The notes under the pieces are model-generated. The model was not told where the DNA came from, made no database searches, and worked only from the letters and a program-made list of their open reading frames with translations. Of a stretch of 64,000 nucleotides of DNA, positions 1 through 12,033 are shown in pieces. Where the stretch lies: contig CAVUXE010000075.1 of the NCBI GenBank assembly GCA_963745235.1, positions 1-64,000 on the forward strand. Direction: 5' to 3'. Numbering within the stretch: position 1 is the stretch's first letter; every line of letters starts with the position of its first letter. The DNA comes from an uncultured Spirochaetota bacterium (lineage in GTDB: Bacteria; Spirochaetota; Spirochaetia; SZUA-6; Fen-1364). A program made the translations under genes and the position numbers.

Positions 1-752
1 AAGAACATGTGCTCGGTGCGGCACAAACCGATCCTGGGCGCCATTGCGCGCCAGCTTGGCGTCCCGCGGGATGTCCGCGTTCGCACGCACGCCGAAGTTG
101 CCGCGAAACCCTTCGGCCCAACCCATGAACATAGCAAGCAGGCCGGAACTGGTATCCGGCTCCTCGGTGGCGGCCTGGCCCGCGAACACTTCACCGGTCG
201 AGCCGTCGAGCGACAGCCAGTCGCCTTCCTTCAGCACCAGCGTTTTGCCGCCGCTCAGCGCGACGCTGAGCTGTTGCTTGTGCTCGTCCACGTGAGCGCG
301 CCAGCGCCGGCAACGCAGGGGATTCCATGCCGCGCGCCACCACGGCCGCGTCGCTGGTCATGCCGCCTCGCGATGTCGGATGCCCTTGCCACTTCCATGC
401 CGTGAATGTCGTCGGGCGCGGTCTCGGCGCGGACCAGATCGCCGGCGACTTCCGGCCGAGGCCGTCACTGCATCGTCCGCGGTGGATACGACCTTGCCGA
501 CCGCGGCGCCGGGAGAAGCCGGCAAGCCGACGCGAGCTTCGGAAGGTCTGCCCCGACGCGGGCACGATCACCGGGTGCAGGAGCTCGTCGAGCTGATCGG
601 ATCGACGCGCAGGATCGCTCCTTCTTGTCGATGAGCCTTTCGTTCGCCATATCGACCGCGAACTTCAGGCTGCGGCCCCGTCCGCTTGCCGTTGCGGGTC
701 TGGAGCATGAACAGCTTGCCGTCCTGGATCGTGAACTCGGAGTCCTGGATGT
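1..752 (-). pseudogene. ppdK: Internal fragment of pyruvate phosphate dikinase, frameshifted, with no 5' end; joined to an epimerase N-terminus
   Basis: Minus-strand peptides QDSEFTIQDGKLFMLQTRNGKRTG, FAVDMANERLIDKK and TSRGGMTS.AAVVARGM are PPDK motifs, spread over several frames. Confidence 0.8.
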
Positions 753-993
753 GCCAGGACGAGCCTCCCACGCCAAATGAAGGAGCAACTCCGGCCGTAC
801 TTCTCGAATGACATTTATTGCGGTTCCGGTGCGCAAAAGATCGGCATCTTTCCACCGTACCCCATTGGCCAGTTCGGCCGTGCGGGTACCTATCGTCATG
901 GCCGTTACATCGTAGCCTCTCTCTATCAATAAGGGCACAACGTTCCTCCCTAAGAAACCCGCCACCTCCTGTCACAAGAATACGTCTTACCAC
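753..993 (-). pseudogene. NAD-dependent epimerase/dehydratase, N-terminal part only
   Basis: RILVTGG.GFLGRNVV...VRPELLLHLAW Rossmann start; the sequence switches to ppdK near 752. Confidence 0.75.
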
Positions 994-2211
994 TTAGAAT
1001 ATCTGCATTCTGGGGATCGCTATGACAAACTTGGCGCCCCAATCCCGTACAAAACCTATTTGTTCGACAATTTCTTCACGAATATTCCAGGGAAATATCA
1101 ATATGTAGTCGGGTTTGCGTTCTGAAAGAGCTTCGCGGCTAACAACAGGGATTCGGCTTCCGGAAGGTAGCGACCCTGCTTCGATGGCGCAGCATCAACG
1201 ACAAACTCGAGCAAATCGTTCTTTACGCCGCAATAGTTGAGAAGAGTGTTCCCCTCTCGCCGCGGCGCCATACGCGGCCACCTTCCTTCCCTTGTTCTTT
1301 GCTTCGAGAAGAAAAGCTAGGAAGTTAGGCTCTCATCCGCTGTACTCTGTTTTGAAACCCGTCATAAAACCGAAGCGTTCCGATTCCCGCCTGCGCTTCG
1401 CGCAACAGAAGGCTGGAGACCCTGTTGGTCGGAACGGCACCCGAGGAGTCTTTGCGGCACGCGTATATACGTAGAGAGCCCCCTTGTGTCGGCAATTCCT
1501 CGACATCGCAAATTTCCAGTCCATGCGCCTTGAAGACGGAACGAACGGTCGTAAAGGAAAGATAGGAAAAATGCTCGTGATAGATCGTATCGAATAGAGT
1601 TTCCTGTACAAGTTTCATGAGATGCGGAAACTCCATTGTATCGTGCCATGTTGCTCTACTATGATTCATCCTCTACAAAATCGTTTATATCCGGGACATG
1701 AGCGAGAACATTGTCCCCAATTACCAAATCAGAAACTTTGCCCTCCTGCACGAGCCTTTCCGCTAACGCGACGCCGAAAAACTCCTCCACGACTTCTATT
1801 CCCTTTTTTCGCGCCGCTTCAGCGGTGCTGGAGGTCGGTTCGATTCCCAGGCAAGGAATCCCTCTCTGCTTGAAAAATTGAAGCATGTAGCCGTCGTTTG
1901 AAGCTATTTCGATGACGCTCGACCTCCCTGTAAGTCCCAAACGAGGGACGATCATATCGACGTACTGCCTTGAATGCGCTAGCCAAAAACTGGACATGGA
2001 GCTGAAGTAGACGTAGTCATCGCTGAATATTTCCTCGGCTCTCTTGTATTCGTCGACCTGAACAAGGAAGCATTCGCCGCAAATCATAACTTTTAGCGGA
2101 TAGGCACCTGCTGGTCAACTGTTCCTTCTTCATGAAAGAGTTGGAGGGAGGCGCGGAGCCAAGATCCACAAAAGCATGGCGCAATTCAGCATGACAAAAG
2201 CGACACTTCAT
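994..2211 (-). CDS. NDP-hexose C-methyltransferase (Zn-binding + SAM), several frameshifts
   Basis: MKCRFC..DLGSAPPSNSF; VIEIASNDGY; FDTIYHEHFSYLS; C-terminal KFVIAIP, across ORFs 2017-2211, 1659-2087 and 1325-1669. Confidence 0.85.
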
Positions 2212-2767
2212 ACAATTATCCCTTCGAAATCTGCAACGCCTCGATATTTCCGTCCCGCTTGGAGACCGACGCTCACCTCAATCGGCCATGTGATTCCTAG
2301 CCGCTTGTCATCGTATCTCAACCCGCCTTCGTGGTCAGGGTCGTAGAAATCCGTATGAAAATAAAGCATCTCAACGTCTTCTTGGAGTGTCTGAAAACCG
2401 TGGGCAGCTCCAGGAAGATACAGCATCCTCGAGTTGGATTCAGCTCAGCTCTTCGCCATGCCATTGGAGAAAAGTCAACGAATCCTTCCGTTGCTCCCAC
2501 CAGAACGTCGAATACGCCTCCCTTGGTGCATGTCACAAACTTGATCTCTGCATTTGGGAAATACTGGAAAAAACCTAAGCCGCGTATCGTGCCCCGTCTT
2601 CGAGTCCTCGATTGGTTTATTTGAATAATGCCTTTGCGATGCCCAATCTTTTCCAACTGACGCATGCAAGCTAGCCTTGAGTGAACTCCCCTCGATTGTC
2701 TTCGCCTGGCGCAAGCTCGATTCGATAAGCACCCGAAAGTTGAAGGGGAACAAATCTCGTCCCTCAT
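2208..2767 (-). CDS. rfbC: dTDP-4-dehydrorhamnose 3,5-epimerase family, frameshifted
   Basis: QINQSRT..RGTIRGL..Q...EIKFVTC.KG.VFDV and MLYLP.GAAHGFQTL....Y...HEGGLRYDD. Confidence 0.8.
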
Positions 2768-3850
2768 GAAAGTTTGCTGTAGGCTTCGATCTGTGCTCGG
2801 CACAAATCGTACGCATCTCTGCCGGAGAGGTATTCCTTAAACCACGAGACCGTCATTTCAAGCGCCTTGTCTATCTTCAATCGAGGCTTCCAGGAAAGAA
2901 GTTTGAGGGCTTTCGTGCTGTCCAAAAAGAAAAAGGAAGAACAAAAACCCTCGTGAAGATTCTGCCCCTTGTCTACTGTGTAGGATGCTCCTGTTCCCCA
3001 CAACTGAACCAGACGATCCACAATTCTCTCGACGGGCTGCGAATCATCGATGGCGGGGCCGAAATTCCAAGGACCAGAAAAGGTCTGCCCCTCTTCGAAC
3101 AATTTCCTCGCGAGCAACAGATAGCCGGTCAGTGGTTCCAGAACGTGCTGCCACGGTCGTGTCGCCTGCGGGTAGCGGATGCGCATTTGATCGTGCTTCT
3201 GAAAGCTCGAACGCAATCCGGGACGAGCCTGTCATGAGCCCAATCACCGCCGCCTATCACGTTGCCAGACCGGGCAGTCGCGATAGAGACGTTTCGCGCG
3301 GAGCCATCATTTGAACGAAAAAAGGAATCCCGATAGGATGCAGTAACTATCTCAGAACAAGTCTTGCTGCTCGAATACGGATCGTAACCCCCCCAGGGTT
3401 GTTCTCCCGATATGCCCACATCCACTCTTTGTTCTCGTATACTTTATCCGTGGTCACATTCACCAGGGCCCGAACAGTCATGCAATTTCGTATTGCTTCA
3501 AGGAGATTGACAGTACCCATGACATTTGTCGTAAACGTGCCAACCGGATGTGCGTAAGATTGTCGCACCAGTGGTTGCGCGGCGAAGTGTATAACAATAT
3601 CCGGCTCCGCTTCCGATAGAGCCCTTTGGATCGCTTGGGGGTCTCGGATATCTGCAGCTATCGACGAATCTATCCGTCGCGCAAGGCCACCTTCATCAAA
3701 AAGCGAAGGAGTTGTTGTGGGGCTCAGAGCGTAGCCGAATACCTTGGCGCCGAGTGTCTTTAGCCATATGCAAAGCCACGCGCCTTTAAAGCCTGTGTGT
3801 CCCGTGAGGAAAATGCGTCGATCCGCCCAGAAACTATCGCCAGTTACCAT
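2764..3850 (-). CDS. rfbG: CDP-glucose 4,6-dehydratase, frameshifted
   Basis: FLTGHTGFKGAWL, HFAAQPLVRQSY, GGYDPYSSSK, ARSGNVIGGGDW, ATRPWQHVLEPL. Confidence 0.92.
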
Positions 3851-4033
3851 TGTCCCAGTCCTTCGACTTCCTGCAATCAAGATGATGTTGCACATTCTAT
3901 GCATTCAAAACCGCAGAATGGCCAGCAAATCCCTCAGCGATATCTCTGGATGCTTGCGCCAGCCGTTCGGGCGAATCTATTGCACAACGATAGCCGGAAA
4001 GCGGATAAGCATAAACGCGTCCGGAGGGATTAG

Positions 4034-4597
4034 AGTTCCTACGATGAGAAACCCCTCGCCTTCAGGCGAAGACTTCAGTAGGCTTGCGGTACATATGAAG
4101 GACTATCGTAAAGCGTCGCACTGCATTTACGACATCAAATATCACGTAGTGTGGACAACCAAGTACCGCAAGCAGTATTGAGTCCAGAGATAGGTCGGCG
4201 AGTACGAGATATGGTTCGGCTAATCTGCACAAGTTTGGACGTTGAGATCATAAAAGGAAACATCAGGCGGGATCACGTGCATCTACTGGTAAGCGTGCCA
4301 CCCACACTATCGGTGTCCAAACTTGTGCAACGCATGAAGGGGGTGACGTCACGGAAACTGCTGCAGGAGAACCGAGGATTGAACAAAGCATACTGGGGGA
4401 GGCATCTATGGTCCCGCGGGTATTTCGTGGCAAGCATAGGGGATGTGACAGAAGAGATGATCGCGCGGTACATAGAGGATCAGCATGACATGGAGCGGGA
4501 CGAAGATGCCGACTTCAAAGTGGAGGAGTGACGGCAACCCCAGTCGGCTTTAGCCGACGGGCGCAGAACCCACCGACTTCAGTCGGTGGTGGTTTAG
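4034..4597 (+). mobile_element. Minimal IS200-family element (tnpA only)
   Basis: Left hairpin TCGCC-TTCA-GGCGA (4056-4069); right hairpins at 4543-4558 and 4570-4589; TTAG at both junctions; removing the element rejoins the host gene as L-P-M-L-I-P. Confidence 0.85.
4095..4531 (+). CDS. tnpA: IS200/IS605 Y1 HUH transposase, one frameshift near 4172
   Basis: YDIKYHVVWTTKYRK, DHVHLLV (HUH), LWSRGYF, YIEDQ (catalytic Tyr). Confidence 0.93.
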
Positions 4598-5019
4598 CAT
4601 GGGCAGCATGTCCTTCGGGATATCGCTTGTACCCTCAGCAGGAATTACATTCAGGAATTCAGGGGAGCATACAAGAATTCCCGAGTTCACCCAGTAGGAT
4701 GACGCACTCCGCCGGTAAATCTTCGCGCAAAGTCAGTGACGCGCCCTTCATGATTCATGAAGACAGTGCCGTTTGAACCCGGGCGATTGTGCACCAGCAT
4801 AGTCACAGTGGCATTTCTGCTCTTATGAAACGTGACCTTTGTTGCCGAGGCGGATAATGAATGAACTCTGACTGTCCGAATCGAGAATAGATAGTCACTA
4901 TGTGCCAGAGAATAGGTCACGGCCGATTTCGACCATAGGCTTCGGTCTCACATCTGTCTCTTCGCTGAGCCGTGTGCCGAGCCCTCCGGTGAGAATGACA
5001 ACTGTCATTTTCCGAACTG

Positions 5020-6286
5020 CCCCAACGCTCCACTTCAAAGCCTGCCGTAGTACGCCAGGGACCGTTCCTCCGTATCCATATCGATTGGACCGCGCCGATT
5101 GAAACGAAATGTATTATTACTGCAGTGCGAGCGGTTAAAAATATGTAGAGCAACCTCGCCCTTCCCAGAAACCGTCAACGCTATCCCGACGAAACAGCTC
5201 GTTCATAAATCGGAGGGTATTTCGCACGTCGCGTCATACGTCCCAGGGTCGACGAAGTCACCGCATCGCGAACGAAAGCACATGTACCTTCAGGCGTCAT
5301 CAGGCGAAAGTTCGGGACAAGTCGAGCATCTGTTCGCTTGGAGACTTCGTAACGCATCCGTATCAAGAGTCGGTCATGGATACTCGCCTCTGGCCTTGAA
5401 TTGCCAGAAGAATCTTCGATGGACGCGAAACGAAGGATCGCCACATCGTCGCCGACCAGCGGCTTCCCTGAAGCGAAAAGACCGCCTGTGCGGGACTGTA
5501 GTATCCGTCCGCTGCATAGTAGTTCGCGATTGCTGCTGAGGTCGTACCGTCCATGACACACTTTCCCTCGGAAAGCAGGATCACCCGCTGGCAAGGCGGT
5601 GTATGGCATCCATGTTGTGGCTCACGAACAGCACCGTGCGGCCCTGCTTGGCGACGCTCGCCCATCTTTCCCAGGCACTTCTTCTGGAACGCGGCGTCGC
5701 CCACCGCCAGCACTTCATCGACGAGCAGAATCTCCGGCTCCAGATGGGCCGCCACGGCGAAGGCCAGGCGCACGTACATGCCGCTGGAATAGCGCTTGAC
5801 CGGCGTGTCGATGAATTTCTCGACCTCGGCGAAATGCGACGATCTCGTCGAACTTGCGCTTGATCTCCGCGCGCTGGTCATGCCCAGGATGGCGCCGTTG
5901 AGGAAGATGTTCTCCCGGCCGGTCAGCTCCGGGTGAAAGCCGGTGCCGACTTCCAGCAGGCTGGCCACCCGCCCCTGCAGCTTCGATCCGCCATCGGTCG
6001 GTTCGGTGATGCGGCTGAGGATCTTGAGCAGGGTGCTCTTGCCCGCGCCGTTGCGCCCGATGATGCCGTACGACTCGCCTTTCGAGAGGGGGGAAAAAAA
6101 CCACGTCACGGAGAGCCCAGAAATCACTAACCTCGGGCCTTTTTGCGCCGACGACACCATTCGGATCGTCCATTCCTCGTATCCTTGCCCACCAGCTGGA
6201 CAAGTCCCTTGTCAAGCTTCCATAGCCGATCGAACCGAGTTGATACTTCTTGAGAGTCCCTCTACCTTGAGTGTAATGTGTGCCAT
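5020..6286 (-). CDS. wzt: Polysaccharide ABC exporter ATP-binding subunit with C-terminal extension, frameshifted; 3' end approximate
   Basis: [55 protein letters not shown]. Confidence 0.88.
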
Positions 6287-6292
6287 ACACGG

Positions 6293-7151
6293 TCAAGCCA
6301 CGTCGATGAAAAAGCTCTCAGCTCGATGGAATAGAATGAGCCCAACAAAAAGCACAATGGCAGTGAAGACAACGCTGACGCCGTATTCCGGAAGCGGAAC
6401 GGTGCCTGCACCGGTGAAAGCGTATCTGAAGATCTCCACGACCGGGGCCATTGGATTAAGTGTGACGAATATCCGGTACTTTTCAGGAACCAAAGATAAG
6501 GGATAAACAATGGGGAGTAGCCCACATCCAAATTGAAAGACCAAAAGCCACAAGCTGACTCAAATCCCGGTATTTCACCGTCAGAGCGGAGGCACAGAGA
6601 CCGAAGGCGAGGCCGAGAGCAGCCGATTGCAGCAGGAGCGCGGGCAAGAGCAACAGCCATAGATTCGGTGCCATGACAGCGCCGCGCAGCATATAGGCCA
6701 GATATACTATCAGGAACAACGCCATCTGCAGCAGAAAAGTCAGGAACTTCGTAGCAACGGTCGTGATGGGAACAGTCAGCCGAGGGAAGTAGACCTTGCC
6801 AAAGATCCCGACATTCCCTATCAGCGCTGCACTTGTTCCAGACAGGCACCCCGAAAAGAAGCCCCACAAGGTTATCCCTGCCATGTAGAAAACCGGCTGT
6901 GGAACGCCCTCGGTGGGAATCTTCGCGAGATTCCCGAAAATTATGGTATAGATGCCCGTCGTGAAAAGCGGCTGAACCACAAACCACAGGGGCCCCAAAA
7001 TGGTTTGTTTGAACTGCGAAACGAAGTCTCTTCGAACAAACAGAAACATTAGAAACTTGTAGCTCAGCAACTCCTTTAAATTGAAATCCAGCAGACCCGT
7101 TTCCGGCTTGATAACGGTGGTCCACAATTCCGTATCTGAGGGCTCTCTCAT
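6293..7151 (-). CDS. wzm: Polysaccharide ABC exporter permease, one frameshift
   Basis: FVRRDF...FKQTILGPLWFVVQPL, KVYFPRL, KYRDL, LNPMAPVVE.FR. Confidence 0.9.
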
Positions 7152-7209
7152 AATTCGTGCCTCCAAAGCTGCTCTAACGCGGCGAAACGAAAGGCTCGTC
7201 GTTTCAATC

Positions 7210-8532
7210 TCATTGTCCAATACCGAAATACTTGAACCCCACGGACTCTATTTCGCCTCGACGGTAGATGTTTCTGAAGTCGAAAAACGCGCTCTTTTTC
7301 GTAGGGTTTTTCATTTTGTCCAAATCCAGGTTCCGGAACTGGTTCCACTCGGTCAGGATCACGAGCGCATCCGCGCCCTTCAGGGCGTCATATTCGTCCG
7401 CCGCAAAGACACTTGCCTCTGAATGGTCTCAAGCCGCCACTTCGCTTCTTTCATCCCCGCCGGGTCCCAGACGCGAAGGCGCGCGCCCTTTGCCACCAGC
7501 CCTTCGCAGATCGTGATGGACGGGGCCTCTCGCATGTCGTCGGTGTTCGGCTTGAACGTGAGGCCAAGGATGGCAATCGTCTTGCCCGCCACCCCGCCCA
7601 TCCCCGCCTCTATCTTCTCCACCATTCTCAGTTTCTGGCGCTCGTTGGCGGCAATTGTCGCCTCGACGACGCTCAGGGGCTCGCCGTAGTCCCGACCCGT
7701 GCGGGCCAGCGCCCGCGTGTCCTTCGGGAAACAGGAGCCGCCGTAGCCGGGCCCCGGATGCAGGAACTTCGGCCCAATGCGGCCGTCCTTGCCCAGCGCC
7801 TTGGCAACCTCCTGGACGTTCGCCCCCACCTTTTCGCAGAGGTTTGCAACCTCGTTGATGAAAGTGATCTTCACGGCCAGGAAAGCGTTGGCGGCGTACT
7901 TGATCATTTCAGCCGTTTCAAGGCCGGTTTCGATGTAGGGAGTCTCGTTCAAGAAAAGGGCTCGGTAGACTTCCTTCATCGTGGTCCGAGCCTGCGGGCT
8001 GTCTGACCCTATCACCACCCTGTCAGGGTGAGTGAAATCCTGAACGGCGGAGCCCTCCCGCAGAAACTCGGGATTGGAGACAACATCGAAGGCTTGCGTG
8101 ACCCCTCGGCCGGCAAGCTCCTCTCCAATCCAAGTCTGCAACTTTGCGACCCGTGCCGACCGGCACCGTGCTCTTGTCCACTACGACCTTGTAGCCGTTC
8201 ATGGCGCGGCCAATGGTTCGCGCCGCCTCCTCCACGTGGCGGAGGTCAGCGCTTCCATCCTCCGCCGGCGGCGTGCCAACGGCAATGAACAGCACGTCGT
8301 TCGCCTGAATGGTCGCCTCGATGTCGGTTGTGAACGCCAGCCTTCCGGCCGCCGCAGTTCTCCTGACCACATCGTCCAGCCCGGGCTCGAAGATCGGGAT
8401 TTCCCCGCGCTTCAGCCTTTCGATCTTGGCAGCGTCGATGTCGACGCACGTCACGTGGTTGCCGAAGTCAGCAAGGCAGGCGCCGCTGACCAGGCCCACG
8501 TAACCGGTGCCAATTACGGCTATGGAGCTCAA
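7210..8532 (-). CDS. ugd: UDP-glucose/GDP-mannose 6-dehydrogenase, frameshifted
   Basis: [44 protein letters not shown]. Confidence 0.93.
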
Positions 8533-9508
8533 AGGATGACCTTCGTCCCTTCGAAATCGAAGCGGAAGCGCACTTCGGAAAGCCCCGCGCCCGCCATGGC
8601 GTGCCGCAGCTTGGAGGGGTCTTCCGTGTAGAACATGAGGAACCCGCCGCCGCCCGCGCCGACGAGCTTGCCGCCTATGGCGCCGTTCTTTCTGCCCAGC
8701 TCGTACCACTCGTCGATCTGGTCGTTGCTCATGCCCTGGGAGCGCTTCTTCTTGTTCAGCCAGTGCTCGTGCATGATCTCTCCGACCACGCACGGCTTCC
8801 CCGCTTCCAGGGCATCCTTGCTGCGGATGCCCGAGCTCCTTCACGTAGTGGAGGTTCTCGATCATCTGTTGAGTCCGCGCTCTTTGTCTTCTCATCCTGG
8901 TCCTTCAGGACGCCGCCCGCGCTCCTCGACACCCCAGTAAAGAAAAGCAGCAGGTTGTCTTCCAGGTCGAAGAGAGTCTCGCTGTCCAGCCTCAGGGGGA
9001 CGGCCTCCACGCTGTCGTCAGGATTGAAGGTGAAGCAGCTTATGCCGCCGTATGCGGCGATGTACTGGTCCTGCTTTCCGATTGGCTCCTTCAGGCGATC
9101 GATCTCGATCTCGCACGCAAGCCGTGCAAGGTGGCTGGGCAGCATGGGCCGCATGCTGTGCGCGCTCAGCGCGCGCAGCAGCGCGGTGGTGAAGCTCCCC
9201 GAAGAGCCCAGCCCTGTGCCTGCCGGAATGTCTGCGAAGGTGCTGATCTCGATCTGCGGATCCGCGAAATCCAGCGCCTTCAGCGCTTCCCTGATGATGG
9301 GATGCTGGATCTCATCCGTGTGCAGGACGTGCTCCAGCCGGGAGTACTTGATGAAGATGCCGGGGTAGAAGGGACGGTTGACCGTGACGAACACGTACTT
9401 GTCGATGGCGCCTGCGACCAGGAACCCGCCGTGCTCGCGATAGTATGAGGGGAGGTCCGTGCCCCCGCCGCCCAGCGTGATGCGAAGGGGACTGCGCGTT
9501 ACTACCAT
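8529..9508 (-). CDS. hddA: D-glycero-alpha-D-manno-heptose-7-phosphate kinase (GHMP kinase), frameshifted near 8830-8880
   Basis: [41 protein letters not shown]. Confidence 0.88.
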
Positions 9509-10472
9509 GCTGCTGCCTTCCGCGCTGCGAACACCCAGTCGTTTGCCTGCAGGAATCTCAGCGTTCGCCCAACCGCTTCCTTGATCGTCAGCTTCGGCTT
9601 CCACCCGAGCGTCCTGATCTTCGAGCAGTCCAGCAGGATGAACGGGTTGTCGCCGATCCAGCCCCGTGAGCCGCCGCTGAAGGAAAGCGTGGGTTTCAGG
9701 CCGAGCTCTTCCGTGATGAACCGGATGGAATCCTTGACCTGGATGTACTCGTCGGTTCCCAGGTTGAAGATGTTCACTTTCTCCCTGGCCTTTTCTACGG
9801 CCAGTGAAGATCGCGTCAATGCAGTCCTGGATGTACAGGTAGGACTTCTTCTGGGTCCCATCGCCAAGGACATTCAACTTGCCCGGTTCACTTGCAAGCT
9901 GCTGGTAGAAATCGAAGACGTGCCCGTGCGTGTACCTTTCGCCGAGGATCGAAACGAACCTGAATATCCAGGCCTGGAAGTCATACCCCTCGCAGAAGGC
10001 GGAGATCAGCCCTTCGCCCGCGAGCTTCGATGCGCCGTACAGGGAGGTCTGGACGGGAAAGGGCGCATTCTCCGGCGTGGGAATGACTTCCGCCTCTCCA
10101 TAAACGGACCCGGTGGAGGAAAAGGCGATCTTCCTGACTCCCGTTTCCTTCATGGCAAAAGAGCACGTTGTACGTGGCGATGGTGTTCTGCTCCAGGTCC
10201 TTCCGGGGGTGCTGCGTCCCGAAACGGACGTCCGCATTCGCGGCCAGGTGGAAGACCATGTCGCAACCGGCCATCGCACTGGTCAGGGCGCCCAGGTCCA
10301 GCGTGTCTCCCCTGACGAGTGTGAACCTGGGATTCTTCCGCGCGCCCTCCAGAAACTCTATCTGGCCGGTGTCGAAATTGTCGTAGCAGACAACTTCGTC
10401 ACCCCGCGCAAGGAGCCGGTCTGCAAGGCTGCTGCCAATGAAGCCCGCGCCGCCTGTAACGAGACATTTCAA
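9502..10472 (-). CDS. NAD-dependent epimerase/dehydratase, frameshifted
   Basis: LVTGGAGFIGS, HLAANADVR, YGASK, GW.GD. Confidence 0.9.
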
Positions 10473-11188
10473 AGCTTGAATCCTGACTTGCGGCCGTCTT
10501 CGTAGAACATCTTGACCGTATCAAGGGAGTACTCGTCCAGGTTCTTGCCGACCAGCTCCAGCTTCTTGAGGATGTCGTGCGTCACGGTGATGATGTGGCA
10601 GCCGATCTCCTCAGCGTGGAAGATATTCAGAAGCTCCCGCGGGCTTGCCCAGATCAGCTCCAAGGCAGGATTCGGCTTCAAGAGCGCAACCGCTTCTTTC
10701 ATGAGGCCCAGAGGGTCGCAGCCGGTGTCGGCTATTCGTCCGGCAAAAATGGAGACGTAGCTGGAAGGACTTCCCTTGAAGCAGGGAAGAATGTCCCGCA
10801 CCTGCTGCAGGGTCATCATGGCGGTGATATTCAGCTTGAGCCCCTTGGCGGAAAGCTTTCTGATCACCTCCTTGGTGGACTCCCCTTTCGTGTTGGTGAT
10901 GGGGATCTTCACATACACGTTGGGGCCCCACTGGGAAATGATCATGGCCTGGCGCTCCATCTCAGCCATGTCGTCCGCAAAGACCTCGAAAGAGAAGGGC
11001 CTGTCAGGGACTTCCTTCAGGATGGACTTCGCAAAGGCCGCGTAGTCCGTGATGCCAGCCTTGTTCATCAGCGTGGGGTTGGTGGTGAAGCCCTTGATAT
11101 AAGGCTGCTTGTACAGAGCCAGGATTCCTTCCCGGTCCGCGCCATCAGCGAAAATCTTGGTCTTCATCTTTGCGATTCTTGAGTTCAT
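10469..11188 (-). CDS. tal: Transaldolase (short FSA-like type), in frame with upstream gmhB
   Basis: KIFADGAD, GFTTNPTL, VYVKIP, SIFAGRIAD, WASPRE; own SD GGAGGT before ATG 11188. Confidence 0.9.
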   Translation of the reverse strand: MNSRIAKMKTKIFADGADREGILALYKQPYIKGFTTNPTLMNKAGITDYAAFAKSILKEVPDRPFSFEVFADDMAEMERQAMIISQWGPNVYVKIPITNTKGESTKEVIRKLSAKGLKLNITAMMTLQQVRDILPCFKGSPSSYVSIFAGRIADTGCDPLGLMKEAVALLKPNPALELIWASPRELLNIFHAEEIGCHIITVTHDILKKLELVGKNLDEYSLDTVKMFYEDGRKSGFKL

Positions 11189-11713
11189 CAGGATTACCTC
11201 CACAGCCTCTTTGAAGTTGCTCACAGTGTATGTTGGCCTGGTCTTGTTGGGCTCAGCGTAATGATTGTCGATCAGCACTGTCCGGCATCCCGCGCGCCTG
11301 CCGGCTTCAACGTCTTTCCACCTGTCCCCGACCATGAAGCTTGCCTCAAGGTCTATCTGCTTCTCCTGGGCCGCCGCCAGGATCAGGCCGGGCTTCGGTT
11401 TTCTGCATTCGCAGTCATCCGCGTTGTCGTGGTAGCAGACGCGGATTGAATCCATGGAAAGCAGTGCGGAAAGATACGCGTTTATCTCCAGTACAACTTC
11501 TTTTTTCGTAATCCCGCGCGGGACATCGGGCTGGTTCGTTATGCCGATCAGCAGGTAGCCTGCTTCTCGGAGCGCCCGGCAACCCTGCTCCACTCCGGGA
11601 GCCACTTTCAGCTCAGCGAGGTTCGCGGGTGGGTACGGCTTGCCGTCCCGCACAACGGAGCAGTTGAGAACACCGTCCCGGTCAAGGAAGATGGCACGTT
11701 GCTTCCCTACCGT
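11189..11713 (-). CDS. gmhB: Heptose-1,7-bisphosphate phosphatase (HAD IIIA); no canonical start and no stop before tal
   Basis: AIFLDRDGVLN, ITNQPD, CECRKPKPG, MVGDRWKD. Confidence 0.88.
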
Positions 11714-11776
11714 ACCGGTGCCCCTTCTCTTGAGAACACTTCGTGATAACTGTAGTTTATGTGCGCGGAGGCGATT

Positions 11777-12025
11777 GTGGCTGTTAAGACAATCACTATT
11801 GACATGGAAGCCTACGAGAGGCTCTCCCGGGAAAAACGGCCAGGGGAATCCTTCAGCCAGGTGATCAAGCGAGTGTTCAAGAAGCGCCGAATGACAGCGG
11901 GTTCATTTCTGAGGTCGCTGGAAGGCGTCACGCTGTCAGACCGAACGCTTGAGCGGATCGAACAGACCGTGAACAACCGCGAGCAAGGCCTCGAAACCCC
12001 AGTCAAACCGAAGGCGCGCCTCTGA
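11777..12025 (+). CDS. Orphan VapB-type antitoxin (KTITI..EAY family)
   Basis: VAVKTITIDMEAYERLSREKRPGESFSQVIKR; SD GGAGG; no adjacent toxin. Confidence 0.8.
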   Translation: MAVKTITIDMEAYERLSREKRPGESFSQVIKRVFKKRRMTAGSFLRSLEGVTLSDRTLERIEQTVNNREQGLETPVKPKARL

Positions 12026-12033
12026 AAGCCCGA

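Larger units (their letters stand above)
3897..5008 (-). pseudogene. Sugar-1-phosphate nucleotidyltransferase remnant with an RfbF-like N-terminus, interrupted by IS200
   Basis: [29 protein letters not shown] at ~5008-4920; VNSGILVCSPEFLNVIPAEGTSDIPKDMLPML before the IS; GRVYAYPLSGYRCAIDSPERL after it. Confidence 0.7.

Noticed and set aside
8756-10279. 507-aa ORF suggesting an epimerase-GHMP kinase fusion
   Set aside because: It crosses frameshifts; the intervening peptide is out of frame and the epimerase has its own stop at 9502.
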